DNA of 39,432 bases from Candidatus Limnocylindrales bacterium. Its GTDB lineage: Bacteria > Chloroflexota > Limnocylindria > Limnocylindrales > CSP1-4. Location: contig DASQLS010000182.1 in assembly GCA_035629915.1 (NCBI GenBank), positions 1 through 39,432 on the forward strand, read 5' to 3'. Shown piece by piece: positions 6,535 through 15,065 of this stretch (positions within the stretch are counted from its first letter, which is position 1; every line of letters begins with the position of its first letter). The notes beneath the pieces were generated by a model. That model was not told the origin of the DNA. It made no database searches and saw only the letters and a program-made list of their open reading frames with translations. Position numbers and translations under genes: made by a program.

Positions 6535-8376
6535 ATGCACTCATCGGCTGTAGCCGTCGCTGCCCAGCTGCGCACTACGCGCTATCTCATGCTCGTTGCC
6601 GCGATTGCGGCTGCCCTGCTCGTGTCTGCCCTGCCAGGCCGCGTCGCGCGCGTAAGCGGAGCCGAACCGGCCCCGCTCAAGGCAGTCTTCATCGTCGGTC
6701 CGACCGATGGCCTGACTGACAGCAACCTGGTCGATGCCGAGGCGCTCGCCGACGAGGCCGAGCTGTGGGGCATGGACGTCCGGCGCGTGTTCTTCCCGAA
6801 CGCCACCTGGGAGAACGTGCTGGCCAACATCCAGGGCGCCAACCTCGTCGTCTACATGGGCCACGGCTACGGTTGGCCCAGCCCGTACACGCAGCAGCTG
6901 ACCGAAGCGCGCCAGAACGGCATGGGCCTCAACTCCTTCGCCGGCAGCGGCAAGAGCCAGTACACCTACTACGGCGCGAACGTGCTCAAGGCCAACGTGG
7001 TCCTCGCGCCGAACGCAATCGTCTTCCTCAACCACCTGTGCTATTCGGCCGGCAACGGCGAGCCGGGCATGGCCGTCCCGACCTGGGACGTCGCCCGCCA
7101 GCGCGTCGACAACATGGCCAACGGCTGGCTCGCCACCGGCGCCAAGACCGTCTTCGCATACTCGTCGCAGCCGTTCATCCGGAACGTGCGCGCACTCTTC
7201 ACGTCCGACGCGACGATGGACCAGATCTTCCGTCTGCCGGGCACCAAGCCCAAGTCGTACTTCGGCTGGATCGGCTGGGATCCGCGCTACTTCGACTCCG
7301 TGCGCACTCCGGGAGCCCGGTTGCTCATGGACCCCGAGCCCACGGTCGGTTTCTACCGCGCCGTGACCGGTGACCTGAACATGACCGCCGCTCAGTGGGC
7401 GGCAGGCACCGGCGGCGCCGGCGCCCCGAATCTGAGCAACCTGAACGCGGCAGCTGGTGGCGGCGGGGCCTCGGTGTCCGGCGGCGGCGAGGCGGCGCTC
7501 TTCACGCCCAACGGCGACGGCGTCAGCGACAGCCTGTCATTCAGCTACACCGTCGACAAGGAAGCGTTTGTCGATTTCGAAGTCCGCAACTCGTCCGGTG
7601 ACACGGTCCGCAGCTTCACCGCCTGGTCGCGCGCCGGAACCGGCACGGCAACCTGGGACGGCAAGCGCAACGATGGCGCCTGGGCAAGCGATGGCAACTA
7701 CACAGTTCGTGCCACGCCACGCAATCGTGGCGGCGAGCAGGGTGACACCGAGACTGTCGACGCCAAGGTGCTCACCACGATGCGAGCGCCGTCAGTCACC
7801 CCGTACATGTTCTACCCCGACGGCGACAACCTCAGCCCGACCACAACGCTGGCGGTCAACCTCGTCGCGCCGGCCACGTTCACGTGGAAGGTCGTCGACA
7901 GCAACGACAACGTCGTCAAGACCAGGAACAACAACACCAGCGTTGGTGCCGGTCAGCAGACCTGGCAGTGGGATGGCCGCAACGAAGCCGGTGCGTTCGT
8001 TCCCCAAGGCACCTACTACAGCGTCATGACCGCAGCAACTTCGGCCGGCACGTACAGCCACAAGCTGCCCGTCGAGGCTCGCGCCTTCCGCCTCGTGCGG
8101 CCGGTGACGGGCCCGGTCGTCCGGGGCGTCAAGGTGAAGTACACGATGTATGCCTCAGAGCTGATGTCGACCACGGTGGTCAAGCCCAAGGTTCGCGTCA
8201 CGGCGCCGGGCCTGGCAGTCAAGGTCTGGAGCACCTACAAGCAGGCTGACGGCGGCTTCTACGCCAACGTCACCGTTCCGCTCACGGCCGGAACCGGGAC
8301 CGTCCAGTTCAGGGTCCAGGGAACTGACCGCAACGGCGTCGTGCAGTACACGGACTATTTCTTTCCGCTGCAGTAG
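6535..8376 (+). CDS. secreted multidomain protein: N-terminal alpha/beta domain plus FlgD-Ig-like repeats
   Basis: ATG 6535 is preceded by ggaaggtagaggg (RBS). Signal-like N-terminus (LMLVAAIAAALLVSALPG). At least two FlgD-Ig-type modules (FTPNGDGVSDSLSFSY...TWDGKRNDGAWASDGNYTV; FYPDGDNLSP...WQWDGRNEAGAFVPQGTYY). The track start 6442 was rejected because it gives no signal peptide and has no RBS. Confidence 0.7.
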   Translation: MHSSAVAVAAQLRTTRYLMLVAAIAAALLVSALPGRVARVSGAEPAPLKAVFIVGPTDGLTDSNLVDAEALADEAELWGMDVRRVFFPNATWENVLANIQGANLVVYMGHGYGWPSPYTQQLTEARQNGMGLNSFAGSGKSQYTYYGANVLKANVVLAPNAIVFLNHLCYSAGNGEPGMAVPTWDVARQRVDNMANGWLATGAKTVFAYSSQPFIRNVRALFTSDATMDQIFRLPGTKPKSYFGWIGWDPRYFDSVRTPGARLLMDPEPTVGFYRAVTGDLNMTAAQWAAGTGGAGAPNLSNLNAAAGGGGASVSGGGEAALFTPNGDGVSDSLSFSYTVDKEAFVDFEVRNSSGDTVRSFTAWSRAGTGTATWDGKRNDGAWASDGNYTVRATPRNRGGEQGDTETVDAKVLTTMRAPSVTPYMFYPDGDNLSPTTTLAVNLVAPATFTWKVVDSNDNVVKTRNNNTSVGAGQQTWQWDGRNEAGAFVPQGTYYSVMTAATSAGTYSHKLPVEARAFRLVRPVTGPVVRGVKVKYTMYASELMSTTVVKPKVRVTAPGLAVKVWSTYKQADGGFYANVTVPLTAGTGTVQFRVQGTDRNGVVQYTDYFFPLQ

Positions 8377-8442
8377 CCCCAGCAGATCGCAGCGGGATCA
8401 TGCGAAGCGGGCCGCAGCCTCCGGTCCGCAGGCAGGTAGCAC

Positions 8443-8468
8443 CGAGCCGGTCCGAAAGGGCCGGCTCG
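8443..8468 (+). terminator. strong GNRA-capped hairpin after the 6535..8376 gene
   Basis: cgagccggtcc-gaaa-gggccggctcg forms an 11-bp stem (one G.U pair) with a GAAA tetraloop, followed by atgcatttcg. It lies 67 nt after the stop and 29 nt before the next start. Confidence 0.45.
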
Positions 8469-8496
8469 ATGCATTTCGCTCGGTAGACTCCGCCGC

Positions 8497-9282
8497 GTGA
8501 CTGTTGCCGCACCGGACTTCACCGGCACCTGGGTTGTTCTGCCCACCTACAACGAGATCGAGAACCTGCCCCAAATCGGGCCCGCGATTCTCGAGAGCCT
8601 GCCGGGCGCCCATCTGCTTGTCGTCGACGACTCGTCGCCGGACGGGACGGGCCAGCTGGCCGACGACATGGCCGCGACCGATCCGCGCGTCGTGGTTCTG
8701 CACCGCAAGGCGAAGCAGGGTCTCGGACGGGCCTACATCGCCGGTTTCCAGGTAGCTCTCGAGCGCGGCGCAGACAAGCTCGTCCAGATGGACGCCGACT
8801 GGTCGCATGACCCCAAGTACCTGCCCGCTCTGGTCGGGGCGCTCGAGGGTGGCCCCGGTGCGCCCAGGCTCGAGGGGGCGGACGTCGTTATCGGCTCGCG
8901 TTACGTGACCGGCGGCGGGGTACGCAACTGGGGCGTGATGCGCAAGGTCGTCTCGCGCGGCGGCTCAATTTTCGCGCGAGTGGTGCTCGGCCTTTCGCCC
9001 CACGATCTGACCGGCGGCTTCAAGGCGTGGCGAGCCGCGACCCTTGCCGAGCTGCCGTGGGACGACCTTCACTCCGGCGGCTACGTCTTCCAGATCGAGA
9101 CGACCTACCAGGCGTCACGGCGCGGCGCGCGAGTTGCCGAAGTGCCAATCGTCTTCGTCGACCGCCGCCTCGGAGCCAGCAAGATGTCGCGTCGGATCAT
9201 CTTCGAGGCGCTCGCGGTCGTTCTCACGCTGCGCTGGGACGAGCTGCGCGGACGTGGCCCACGCCGCGCCAGGAAGAAGTAG
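8497..9282 (+). CDS. GT2 polyprenol-phosphate mannosyltransferase (Ppm1 / Dpm1-like)
   Basis: VVLPTYNEIENL, LLVVDDSSPDGTG, LGRAYIAGF and VQMDADWSHDP are the characteristic Dpm1/Ppm1 GT2 motifs. 261 aa. GTG start. Confidence 0.85.
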   Translation: MTVAAPDFTGTWVVLPTYNEIENLPQIGPAILESLPGAHLLVVDDSSPDGTGQLADDMAATDPRVVVLHRKAKQGLGRAYIAGFQVALERGADKLVQMDADWSHDPKYLPALVGALEGGPGAPRLEGADVVIGSRYVTGGGVRNWGVMRKVVSRGGSIFARVVLGLSPHDLTGGFKAWRAATLAELPWDDLHSGGYVFQIETTYQASRRGARVAEVPIVFVDRRLGASKMSRRIIFEALAVVLTLRWDELRGRGPRRARKK

Positions 9283-9293
9283 CCGGGCGGCTG

Positions 9294-10601
9294 ATGGCAC
9301 GCCTCGTCGCGAACAAGAAGACCAGGCCGCTGCCGCGCGGCGTCCGCGTTGTCGTGGATGCGCGCCCGATGCAGGAGCCGTCGCGCGGGCCACTCACCGC
9401 CCACTATCTCGAACACTTGCTGCGCGCTTACGCTGCCGAGCCACTCCCCGGTGAGACGTTCGTCGTCGTCTCCCGCGCGATGGCCGACTGGGAGGACAAC
9501 TCCGAGGGCCTCGAAGGGCTTGGCCTGCCGATCGTCGCGCGCCGTCGCCTGCCGCCGACCGCGCGCCTCTTTCGCTCCGCCGGCCTGACGCTCGACTCGT
9601 TCCTGTTGCGCGGCGCGGAGATCGGCACCGCCGACGAGGCGGGCAGCGTCTTCCACACGGCCGGCGGCGCCGTGCCGATCGCGTCGCACCTGCCGGTTGT
9701 CGCCACGTTGCTCGATCTGGCTCCGTGGGAGCTGCCCAGGACGTACGCGCGGAGTGCCGCCGCGCGCTTCGGGCAACGCCTCCGGGCTCGGGTGCTGCAC
9801 GATGCGACGCGGGTCATCGTCTGCTCGCGTGCCAGCGCGGAGAGCGCGCGGCGGCGCCTTCACCTGCCGCCCGAACGCATCTCGGTCGTGCCACTCGCCG
9901 TCGACGAGCGGTTCCGCGCCGCCGGACACGACGTCGAGCTGATCCGCGATGTCCGCGAGAAGTTCGATCTGCCGCCGCGCTACATGGCCTACGCCGGTCG
10001 CTTCGACGCGCGCAAGGATCTGCGCACGCTGTTCGAGGCGTTGGCCACGATTCGTGACCGTGGCGCTGAGCAGCAGCGTCGGCCCGCGCGGCGGAAGGGG
10101 GTGGAGGACAAGAGCAGCGGGCCGCTGCCGCAGCTTGTCTACGTCCTTCACGACGGCGATGACGCGGACGAGCGCGGGCTGGTCGAGGCCGCCATCGAGC
10201 GCGCCGGAGCCGTCGGGATGGTGACCCTGCTCGAATCCGATCACGAGGACGAGCGCGCCGCGGTCATTGCCGCGAGCGAGGCATTCGTCTATCCGTGTCT
10301 GTCGGAGGCGACCGGGCTGCCGGTGCTCGAGGCGCTCAGCGTCGGCGTGCCGGTCATCAGCTCGCGCGCCGGGGCCCTGCCAGAGTCGGTAGGGAGTGCC
10401 GGCATCGTCGTCGAGCCGCGCGACCCGAACCGCCTCGCAGCGGCCATCGAGGCGCTCTGGTCGGGCGGTTCGCTGGCCGAACAGCTCCGCCGTCAGGCGC
10501 ACCGACGCGCCGAATCGGATACCCGCTCGTGGTCGGACGTGGCGCGTGAAACGCGCGAGGTTTACGCCGCCGCGGCGGACGCCGCGCGGCCGTCAACATA
10601 G
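9294..10601 (+). CDS. GT4-family (GT-B fold) glycosyltransferase
   Basis: C-terminal GT4 signature EATGLPVLEALSVGVPVISSRAGALPESVG (E-x7-E region). I chose ATG 9294 (MARLVANKK...), which sits 12 nt after the ppm1-like stop. The longer track ORF from 9027 overlaps the previous gene. Confidence 0.8.
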   Translation: MARLVANKKTRPLPRGVRVVVDARPMQEPSRGPLTAHYLEHLLRAYAAEPLPGETFVVVSRAMADWEDNSEGLEGLGLPIVARRRLPPTARLFRSAGLTLDSFLLRGAEIGTADEAGSVFHTAGGAVPIASHLPVVATLLDLAPWELPRTYARSAAARFGQRLRARVLHDATRVIVCSRASAESARRRLHLPPERISVVPLAVDERFRAAGHDVELIRDVREKFDLPPRYMAYAGRFDARKDLRTLFEALATIRDRGAEQQRRPARRKGVEDKSSGPLPQLVYVLHDGDDADERGLVEAAIERAGAVGMVTLLESDHEDERAAVIAASEAFVYPCLSEATGLPVLEALSVGVPVISSRAGALPESVGSAGIVVEPRDPNRLAAAIEALWSGGSLAEQLRRQAHRRAESDTRSWSDVARETREVYAAAADAARPST

Positions 10602-10638
10602 GGCTGGTGCTCAGCGGACGCACAACTTGCTCTCAGAC

Positions 10639-10661
10639 AGCGCGAATAGCCTTCTCGCGCT
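10639..10661 (+). terminator. hairpin after the GT4 gene (weak terminator candidate)
   Basis: agcgcga-atagccttc-tcgcgct forms a 7-bp perfect stem with a 9-nt loop, 38 nt after the stop. Confidence 0.3.
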
Positions 10662-10738
10662 ACGCTGGTTAGCCCCGTTTCGCCCTCGCTGGCGTAAGCG
10701 GTCGCCCGCGCCACCGCGCAGCGGTAGGAGAGACTGAA

Positions 10739-11338
10739 TTGGCTTACGACCCTGAAAACGACAACAAGAACGAATTGCCCGAGGACCACACCGACCCGCC
10801 GTGGCCGGAGCCGTCGTCCTCGGAGTCGGCATTCCTGAACGCGGAGTCGACAGTGGCAGATACGCCGGCAGCCTACGTGCCCGAACTGATCGGCGACACA
10901 ACTGAGGCGACCCTCGACGCGGGCGACGATTCAGATGCCCCGATCGAGCTTGCCGATGAGCTCGCCGACGCAGGCACGCCCGGTATGGCCGGCGACGTGC
11001 GCGCCGAGACGGTGAACATCAGCCAGGGTGGCGCCAACTCGGTCGAGGCCGAGAACGTGTCGATCACCCAGGGCGGTGCAGCCCAGGTGCGGGCCGCGCA
11101 GCTGTCGGTCAGCGAAGGCGGCGTCGCGCTCGCCCGGACCGAGAACCTGACTGTGGGCGAGAGTGGCTCCGCGTTCGCGGTCGTGGCCGACTCGGCGACC
11201 GTCGAGGAGGGCGGCAACGTCTTCATGCTCATCGCCCGATCGGTTGGGGGCGACGTCCGGCCCGTGCTCGACTGGCGCGCAGCGCTCGCATTCGGTGCGG
11301 GCCTCGCCGTCGTGGCCAGGATCCTTCGCCGCAGATGA
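10739..11338 (+). CDS. hypothetical tail-anchored protein with 15-residue beta-solenoid-like repeats
   Basis: The TTG start is preceded by ggtaggagag. The N-terminal third is acidic. It is followed by 5-6 consecutive repeats of about 15 aa (VRAETVNISQGGANS / VEAENVSITQGGAAQ / VRAAQLSVSEGGVAL / ARTENLTVGESGSAF / AVVADSATVEEGGNVF). There is a C-terminal hydrophobic helix (AALAFGAGLAVVARIL). The stop overlaps the next start (ATGA). Confidence 0.55.
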   Translation: MAYDPENDNKNELPEDHTDPPWPEPSSSESAFLNAESTVADTPAAYVPELIGDTTEATLDAGDDSDAPIELADELADAGTPGMAGDVRAETVNISQGGANSVEAENVSITQGGAAQVRAAQLSVSEGGVALARTENLTVGESGSAFAVVADSATVEEGGNVFMLIARSVGGDVRPVLDWRAALAFGAGLAVVARILRRR

Positions 11339-13131
11339 GTCTCCGTCTTCGTCGCCCCAGAGGGGGCATTCGAACCAGTCTCGGCAAGATGGTTGAAGGG
11401 GAGGAGCGGCAGAGCGCCGTCCTGACCTATGCGTTCATCGCGACCATCGTCACTGTCGTCGTCATCCTGATCGGCGCCATCGCCATTTCCTGGTACAACG
11501 ACAACCTTCGTCCCCTGGCGCGTGTCGGCACGGTCGAGGTCCGTCCCCAGCAGCTGCGCGATGCGCTGTCCTTCGGTGCGTGGCGCATCGGACGCGAGGA
11601 AGGCCGCGTCACTCAGGCCCAGATCAACGGCGAGATCAGCGCGGAGACTGCGTCTGCGCGCATGAGCGAGCTCGATCAGCGTCGCCAGGCACTCGCCTCG
11701 AGCGGCCTCAACGACCTCGTCGATGGCATCTACCAGTCACAGCTCGCGACTGAAGAGGGGATTCCCGTCACCGATGCCGAGGTCGAGCAGTACCTGACCG
11801 ACGAGGTCGCCGGCGTCGAGCAGCGCCACGCGCACGTGATCGCCGTCGAGGCCGAGGCGGCCGACGAAGAGGTCGGCCCGACTTCTGCGGAGCGCCGCAA
11901 CGCGCTGCTCAAGGCAGAAGAGGCGCTCGCCGAACTGGAAGGCGGGGCCGAATTCGCCGACGTGGCACGCGAATACAGCACCGACCCGAGTGCGCCCAAC
12001 GGTGGCGATCTCGGGCTGCACAGCGTCATGGCCATCAGCGATTCGGAGCTTGCCAGGGCGTTGTGGGATCTGGAGGAAGGCGGCACGACTGAGATCGTGC
12101 GCGGCGATGACGGCATCTATCGCATCGGCCGAGTCACCGAGATCGTCGAGGCCGGCGAGGAGCCGGGCCTGCGCGAGGATCTCTTCGAGACCGTGCCGGA
12201 GGCCGCGGTGCGCGACCTGTTGCGCTACGAGGTTGGCGCCGATGGAATTCGCGACAAGGTGGTCAACGAGGCACTCACCGCCACGCCCGAGCAGGCGCGA
12301 ATCGCGGTGATCTTCGTCGAGGGCCTGCCATCCGACGACGGCGAGGATCAGGAAGGCGAGATCGACTACAGCGAGATCGTCTTCGCACCAAACGACGACC
12401 TCGTCGAGGCACCTGATCTCGACCAGAACGACCCGGCCTGGGCCGCGGCGCAGACCGAGGCTCAGAACACCTTTGATGAGCTGGCCGCCGTCACCGACGA
12501 CGAGGTTCTCAGCACGCTCTTCGAGCAGTACGCGACCGAGCTCAGTGACGCTCCGTCGGCCGATGATGGTGGCCGGGCAGGCTTCATCACGCGCAGCCTC
12601 ATTCCCACCGCGGTGGGTGACGCGCTGTTCGACGCCGAGCATGAGGAGAACGACCTGATCGGCCCGATCAAGGGCGACGCGGGCTGGTACGTGCTGCTCT
12701 TCCACGAGCGGCGCGACTCAGTCGAGCAGCGCGTTCAGGCGGTCACCGACGCGCTCGCCGAGCCCGGCGCCGACTTCAACGAGGTAGCCCGAGAGCTGTC
12801 CGAAGGCCCCGAGGCCGCCGATGGTGGCGAGGTCGGCTGGCTGACCCGCGATCAGCTTTCGGAGGAGCTCGCCGACGACGTCTTCTCGCTCGAGGTGGGC
12901 GAGGTCAGCGAGGCGCTCGAGCTGGGCGAGGGTCAGTACTTCGTCAAGCTCGAGGAGAAGGCCACCCGACCGCTCGACCCGGACCAGATTCCGACCATCC
13001 GTGCCACTGCCTTCGACACCTGGTACACACCCAAGAAGGAAGCGGCAATAACAGGCGGAATCATAGTTCTCGCCGAGGCTCCGCCGGCGGAGGAAGAGGA
13101 AGGGCTGGAGCCGGGCACGGACCAGCTCTAG
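11335..13131 (+). CDS. membrane-anchored parvulin-type peptidyl-prolyl isomerase (PpiC/SurA-like)
   Basis: N-terminal TM helix (YAFIATIVTVVVILIGAIAISW). Parvulin-type segments (FADVAREYSTDPSAPNGGDLG; FNEVARELSEGPEAADGGEVGWLTRDQL...GQYFVKLEE). The alternative start at 11389 (MVEGEE) cannot be excluded. Confidence 0.8.
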   Translation: MSLRLRRPRGGIRTSLGKMVEGEERQSAVLTYAFIATIVTVVVILIGAIAISWYNDNLRPLARVGTVEVRPQQLRDALSFGAWRIGREEGRVTQAQINGEISAETASARMSELDQRRQALASSGLNDLVDGIYQSQLATEEGIPVTDAEVEQYLTDEVAGVEQRHAHVIAVEAEAADEEVGPTSAERRNALLKAEEALAELEGGAEFADVAREYSTDPSAPNGGDLGLHSVMAISDSELARALWDLEEGGTTEIVRGDDGIYRIGRVTEIVEAGEEPGLREDLFETVPEAAVRDLLRYEVGADGIRDKVVNEALTATPEQARIAVIFVEGLPSDDGEDQEGEIDYSEIVFAPNDDLVEAPDLDQNDPAWAAAQTEAQNTFDELAAVTDDEVLSTLFEQYATELSDAPSADDGGRAGFITRSLIPTAVGDALFDAEHEENDLIGPIKGDAGWYVLLFHERRDSVEQRVQAVTDALAEPGADFNEVARELSEGPEAADGGEVGWLTRDQLSEELADDVFSLEVGEVSEALELGEGQYFVKLEEKATRPLDPDQIPTIRATAFDTWYTPKKEAAITGGIIVLAEAPPAEEEEGLEPGTDQL

Positions 13132-13170
13132 CGCGCCGACGGCGCGGTCGGTGCGTGTAGCCTCATCAGA

Positions 13171-14343
13171 ATGGAACGGGTCCTCGAAGAGCTTCGGGTG
13201 CGCTTCGGCGTGACCGCCGCGGACGGTGTCCAGCTGCTCACCCCGACGGCCGTTCTGCGCCGTCCGTTCGACCCGGGCATGGCCGCGTTGCTGCTGCCCG
13301 AGGTGGATACCGGCGCAGACACCATGACCTCCGGAGACGCGAATGGATTCGAGCCGGCGGCCCTGCCCGGCCGGCATGCCCACGGCGCCGATGCCGTCCA
13401 CATGCTCGCCGCGCTCTACCCGGCCGGCCATCCGGTCCACGGCCTTGATGGCACGCCGGAAGCGACGATCGGTGAGCTGACGCCGGCCTCGCTTGCGACC
13501 GGGATGCGCTACCTGCCCGCCCTGGCACCGCTGGCCAACAACGCCAGCCCGTACGGACTGCCGTGGCTCGTGGCGCGCCTGCGCGCGCCCGACGGCTGCC
13601 CCTGGGACCGTGAGCAGGACCACCGCTCGCTGCGCAAGTTCCTGCTCGAGGAGTCGTACGAGGTTTACGACGCGCTCGATGCCGGCTCGACGCCCGAGCT
13701 GGCCCAGGAGCTCGGCGATCTGCTGCTGCAGATCGTGCTCCACGCGCAGTACGCGGCCGAGGCTGGAGTGTTCGACATGACCGACGTGCACCGGTCGGTG
13801 ATGACCAAGATCGTTCACCGCCACCCGCACGTCTTCGGTGACGTTACCGCCGACTCTTCAGCTGACGTGCTCCGCAACTGGGAGCAGATCAAGGCAGGCG
13901 AACGGGCGTCGCGCTCGGCGGACGGCACCGAGTCGGCTGCCGCCGATCCAGCCATGCCGGCGGCCTTCGCCGGCCTGTCGCGCTCGTTGCCCGCCCTTGC
14001 CTACGCGCAGGAGATGCAGGAGCGCGCAGCCTCGCTGGGTTACGACTGGCCGTCGGTCGAAGGCGTGCTGGAAAAGGTCACCGAAGAGGCGCGCGAGATC
14101 GCCGAAGCCGAGGACGACCGCGCCCGAACCGAGGAACTGGGCGATCTTCTGCTCGTTATGGTCAATCTGTCGCGTCGGCTGGGGATCGACGCCGAGGCCG
14201 CGCTGCGCGCGGCCAGTGCCAAGTTCGCAGCTCGCTTCGCCCAGGTCGAGCGGATCGCCGGGGAGCGCGAAGTGGAGCTACGAAATCTCACGCTTGAAGA
14301 GCTCGATGAGCTCTGGGAGGAGGCAAAGGTGGTCGCTCGGTGA
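13171..14343 (+). CDS. mazG: MazG-family nucleoside triphosphate pyrophosphohydrolase (tandem MazG domains, extra N-terminal region)
   Basis: CPWDREQDHRSLRKFLLEESYEVYDAL and ELGDLLLQIVLHAQ form the first MazG EExxE/D domain. EKVTEEAREIAEA...ELGDLLLVMVNLSRRLGIDAE forms the second. An N-terminal region of about 130 aa is of unclear function. Confidence 0.85.
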   Translation: MERVLEELRVRFGVTAADGVQLLTPTAVLRRPFDPGMAALLLPEVDTGADTMTSGDANGFEPAALPGRHAHGADAVHMLAALYPAGHPVHGLDGTPEATIGELTPASLATGMRYLPALAPLANNASPYGLPWLVARLRAPDGCPWDREQDHRSLRKFLLEESYEVYDALDAGSTPELAQELGDLLLQIVLHAQYAAEAGVFDMTDVHRSVMTKIVHRHPHVFGDVTADSSADVLRNWEQIKAGERASRSADGTESAAADPAMPAAFAGLSRSLPALAYAQEMQERAASLGYDWPSVEGVLEKVTEEAREIAEAEDDRARTEELGDLLLVMVNLSRRLGIDAEAALRAASAKFAARFAQVERIAGEREVELRNLTLEELDELWEEAKVVAR

Positions 14344-15065
14344 GCATCGCCGGTGGTCGGTTCCGGGCCGATGGACGCAACCCGGGTCAGCTGCGCAAGG
14401 TCACTTTCGCACTGGACGCCCAGAAATGGGCCGAGGGCTCGTGCACGATCGAGATGGGCGACACGCGCGTGCTGTGCGCGGCGAGCATCGAGGATCGCGT
14501 GCCGCCACATCTGCGCGGCAAGGGCCTCGGCTGGGTCACGGCCGAGTACAACATGCTCCCGCGGGCGACGTCGGAGCGGACGCAGCGCGAGGTGGTCAAG
14601 GGCCGCCAGGGCGGGCGGACGATGGAGATCCAGCGCCTGATAGGCCGCGCCCTGCGCGGAGTCGTCGACACGTCCAAGATCGGTGACCGGACGATCACCA
14701 TCGACTGCGATGTGCTCCAGGCCGACGGTGGGACGCGCACGGCGTCGATCACCGGCGGCTATGTCGCGTTGGCCCTGGCGCTGCGCAAGATCGGCGCCGA
14801 GGCCGCGCTGGAGGGCCAGATCGCCGCCGTCAGCGTGGGCATCGTCGACGGCGTGCCGCTGCTCGACCTCGACTACTCGGAGGACTCGCACGCCGAGGTC
14901 GACTTCAACATCGTCGGCACGGACCAGCAGGCGTACGTCGAGGTCCAGGGCACGGCCGAGGGCAAGCCGTTCGATCGCGCGTCGATGGACCAGTTGCTCG
15001 AGCTCGGCGACGCGGGCCTGCAGCAGCTCTTCCGCTACCAGCGGATCGTCCTCGGCAAGGAGTGA
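14340..15065 (+). CDS. rph: ribonuclease PH
   Basis: R.DGR...LR, AEGSC.IEMGDTRVLC, WVTAEYNMLPRATSERTQRE and TITIDCDVLQADGGTRTASITG are all conserved RNase PH blocks. The GTG start overlaps the mazG stop by 4 nt. Confidence 0.95.
   Translation: MSIAGGRFRADGRNPGQLRKVTFALDAQKWAEGSCTIEMGDTRVLCAASIEDRVPPHLRGKGLGWVTAEYNMLPRATSERTQREVVKGRQGGRTMEIQRLIGRALRGVVDTSKIGDRTITIDCDVLQADGGTRTASITGGYVALALALRKIGAEAALEGQIAAVSVGIVDGVPLLDLDYSEDSHAEVDFNIVGTDQQAYVEVQGTAEGKPFDRASMDQLLELGDAGLQQLFRYQRIVLGKE

Noticed and set aside
9027-9293. An N-terminal extension of the GT4 glycosyltransferase (track ORF 9027-10601, 524 aa).
   Set aside because: The extension overlaps the 3' third of the well-supported Ppm1-like gene in another frame and is Arg/Pro/Ser-rich. 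ATG 9294, just after the upstream stop, gives a normal-length GT4 protein.
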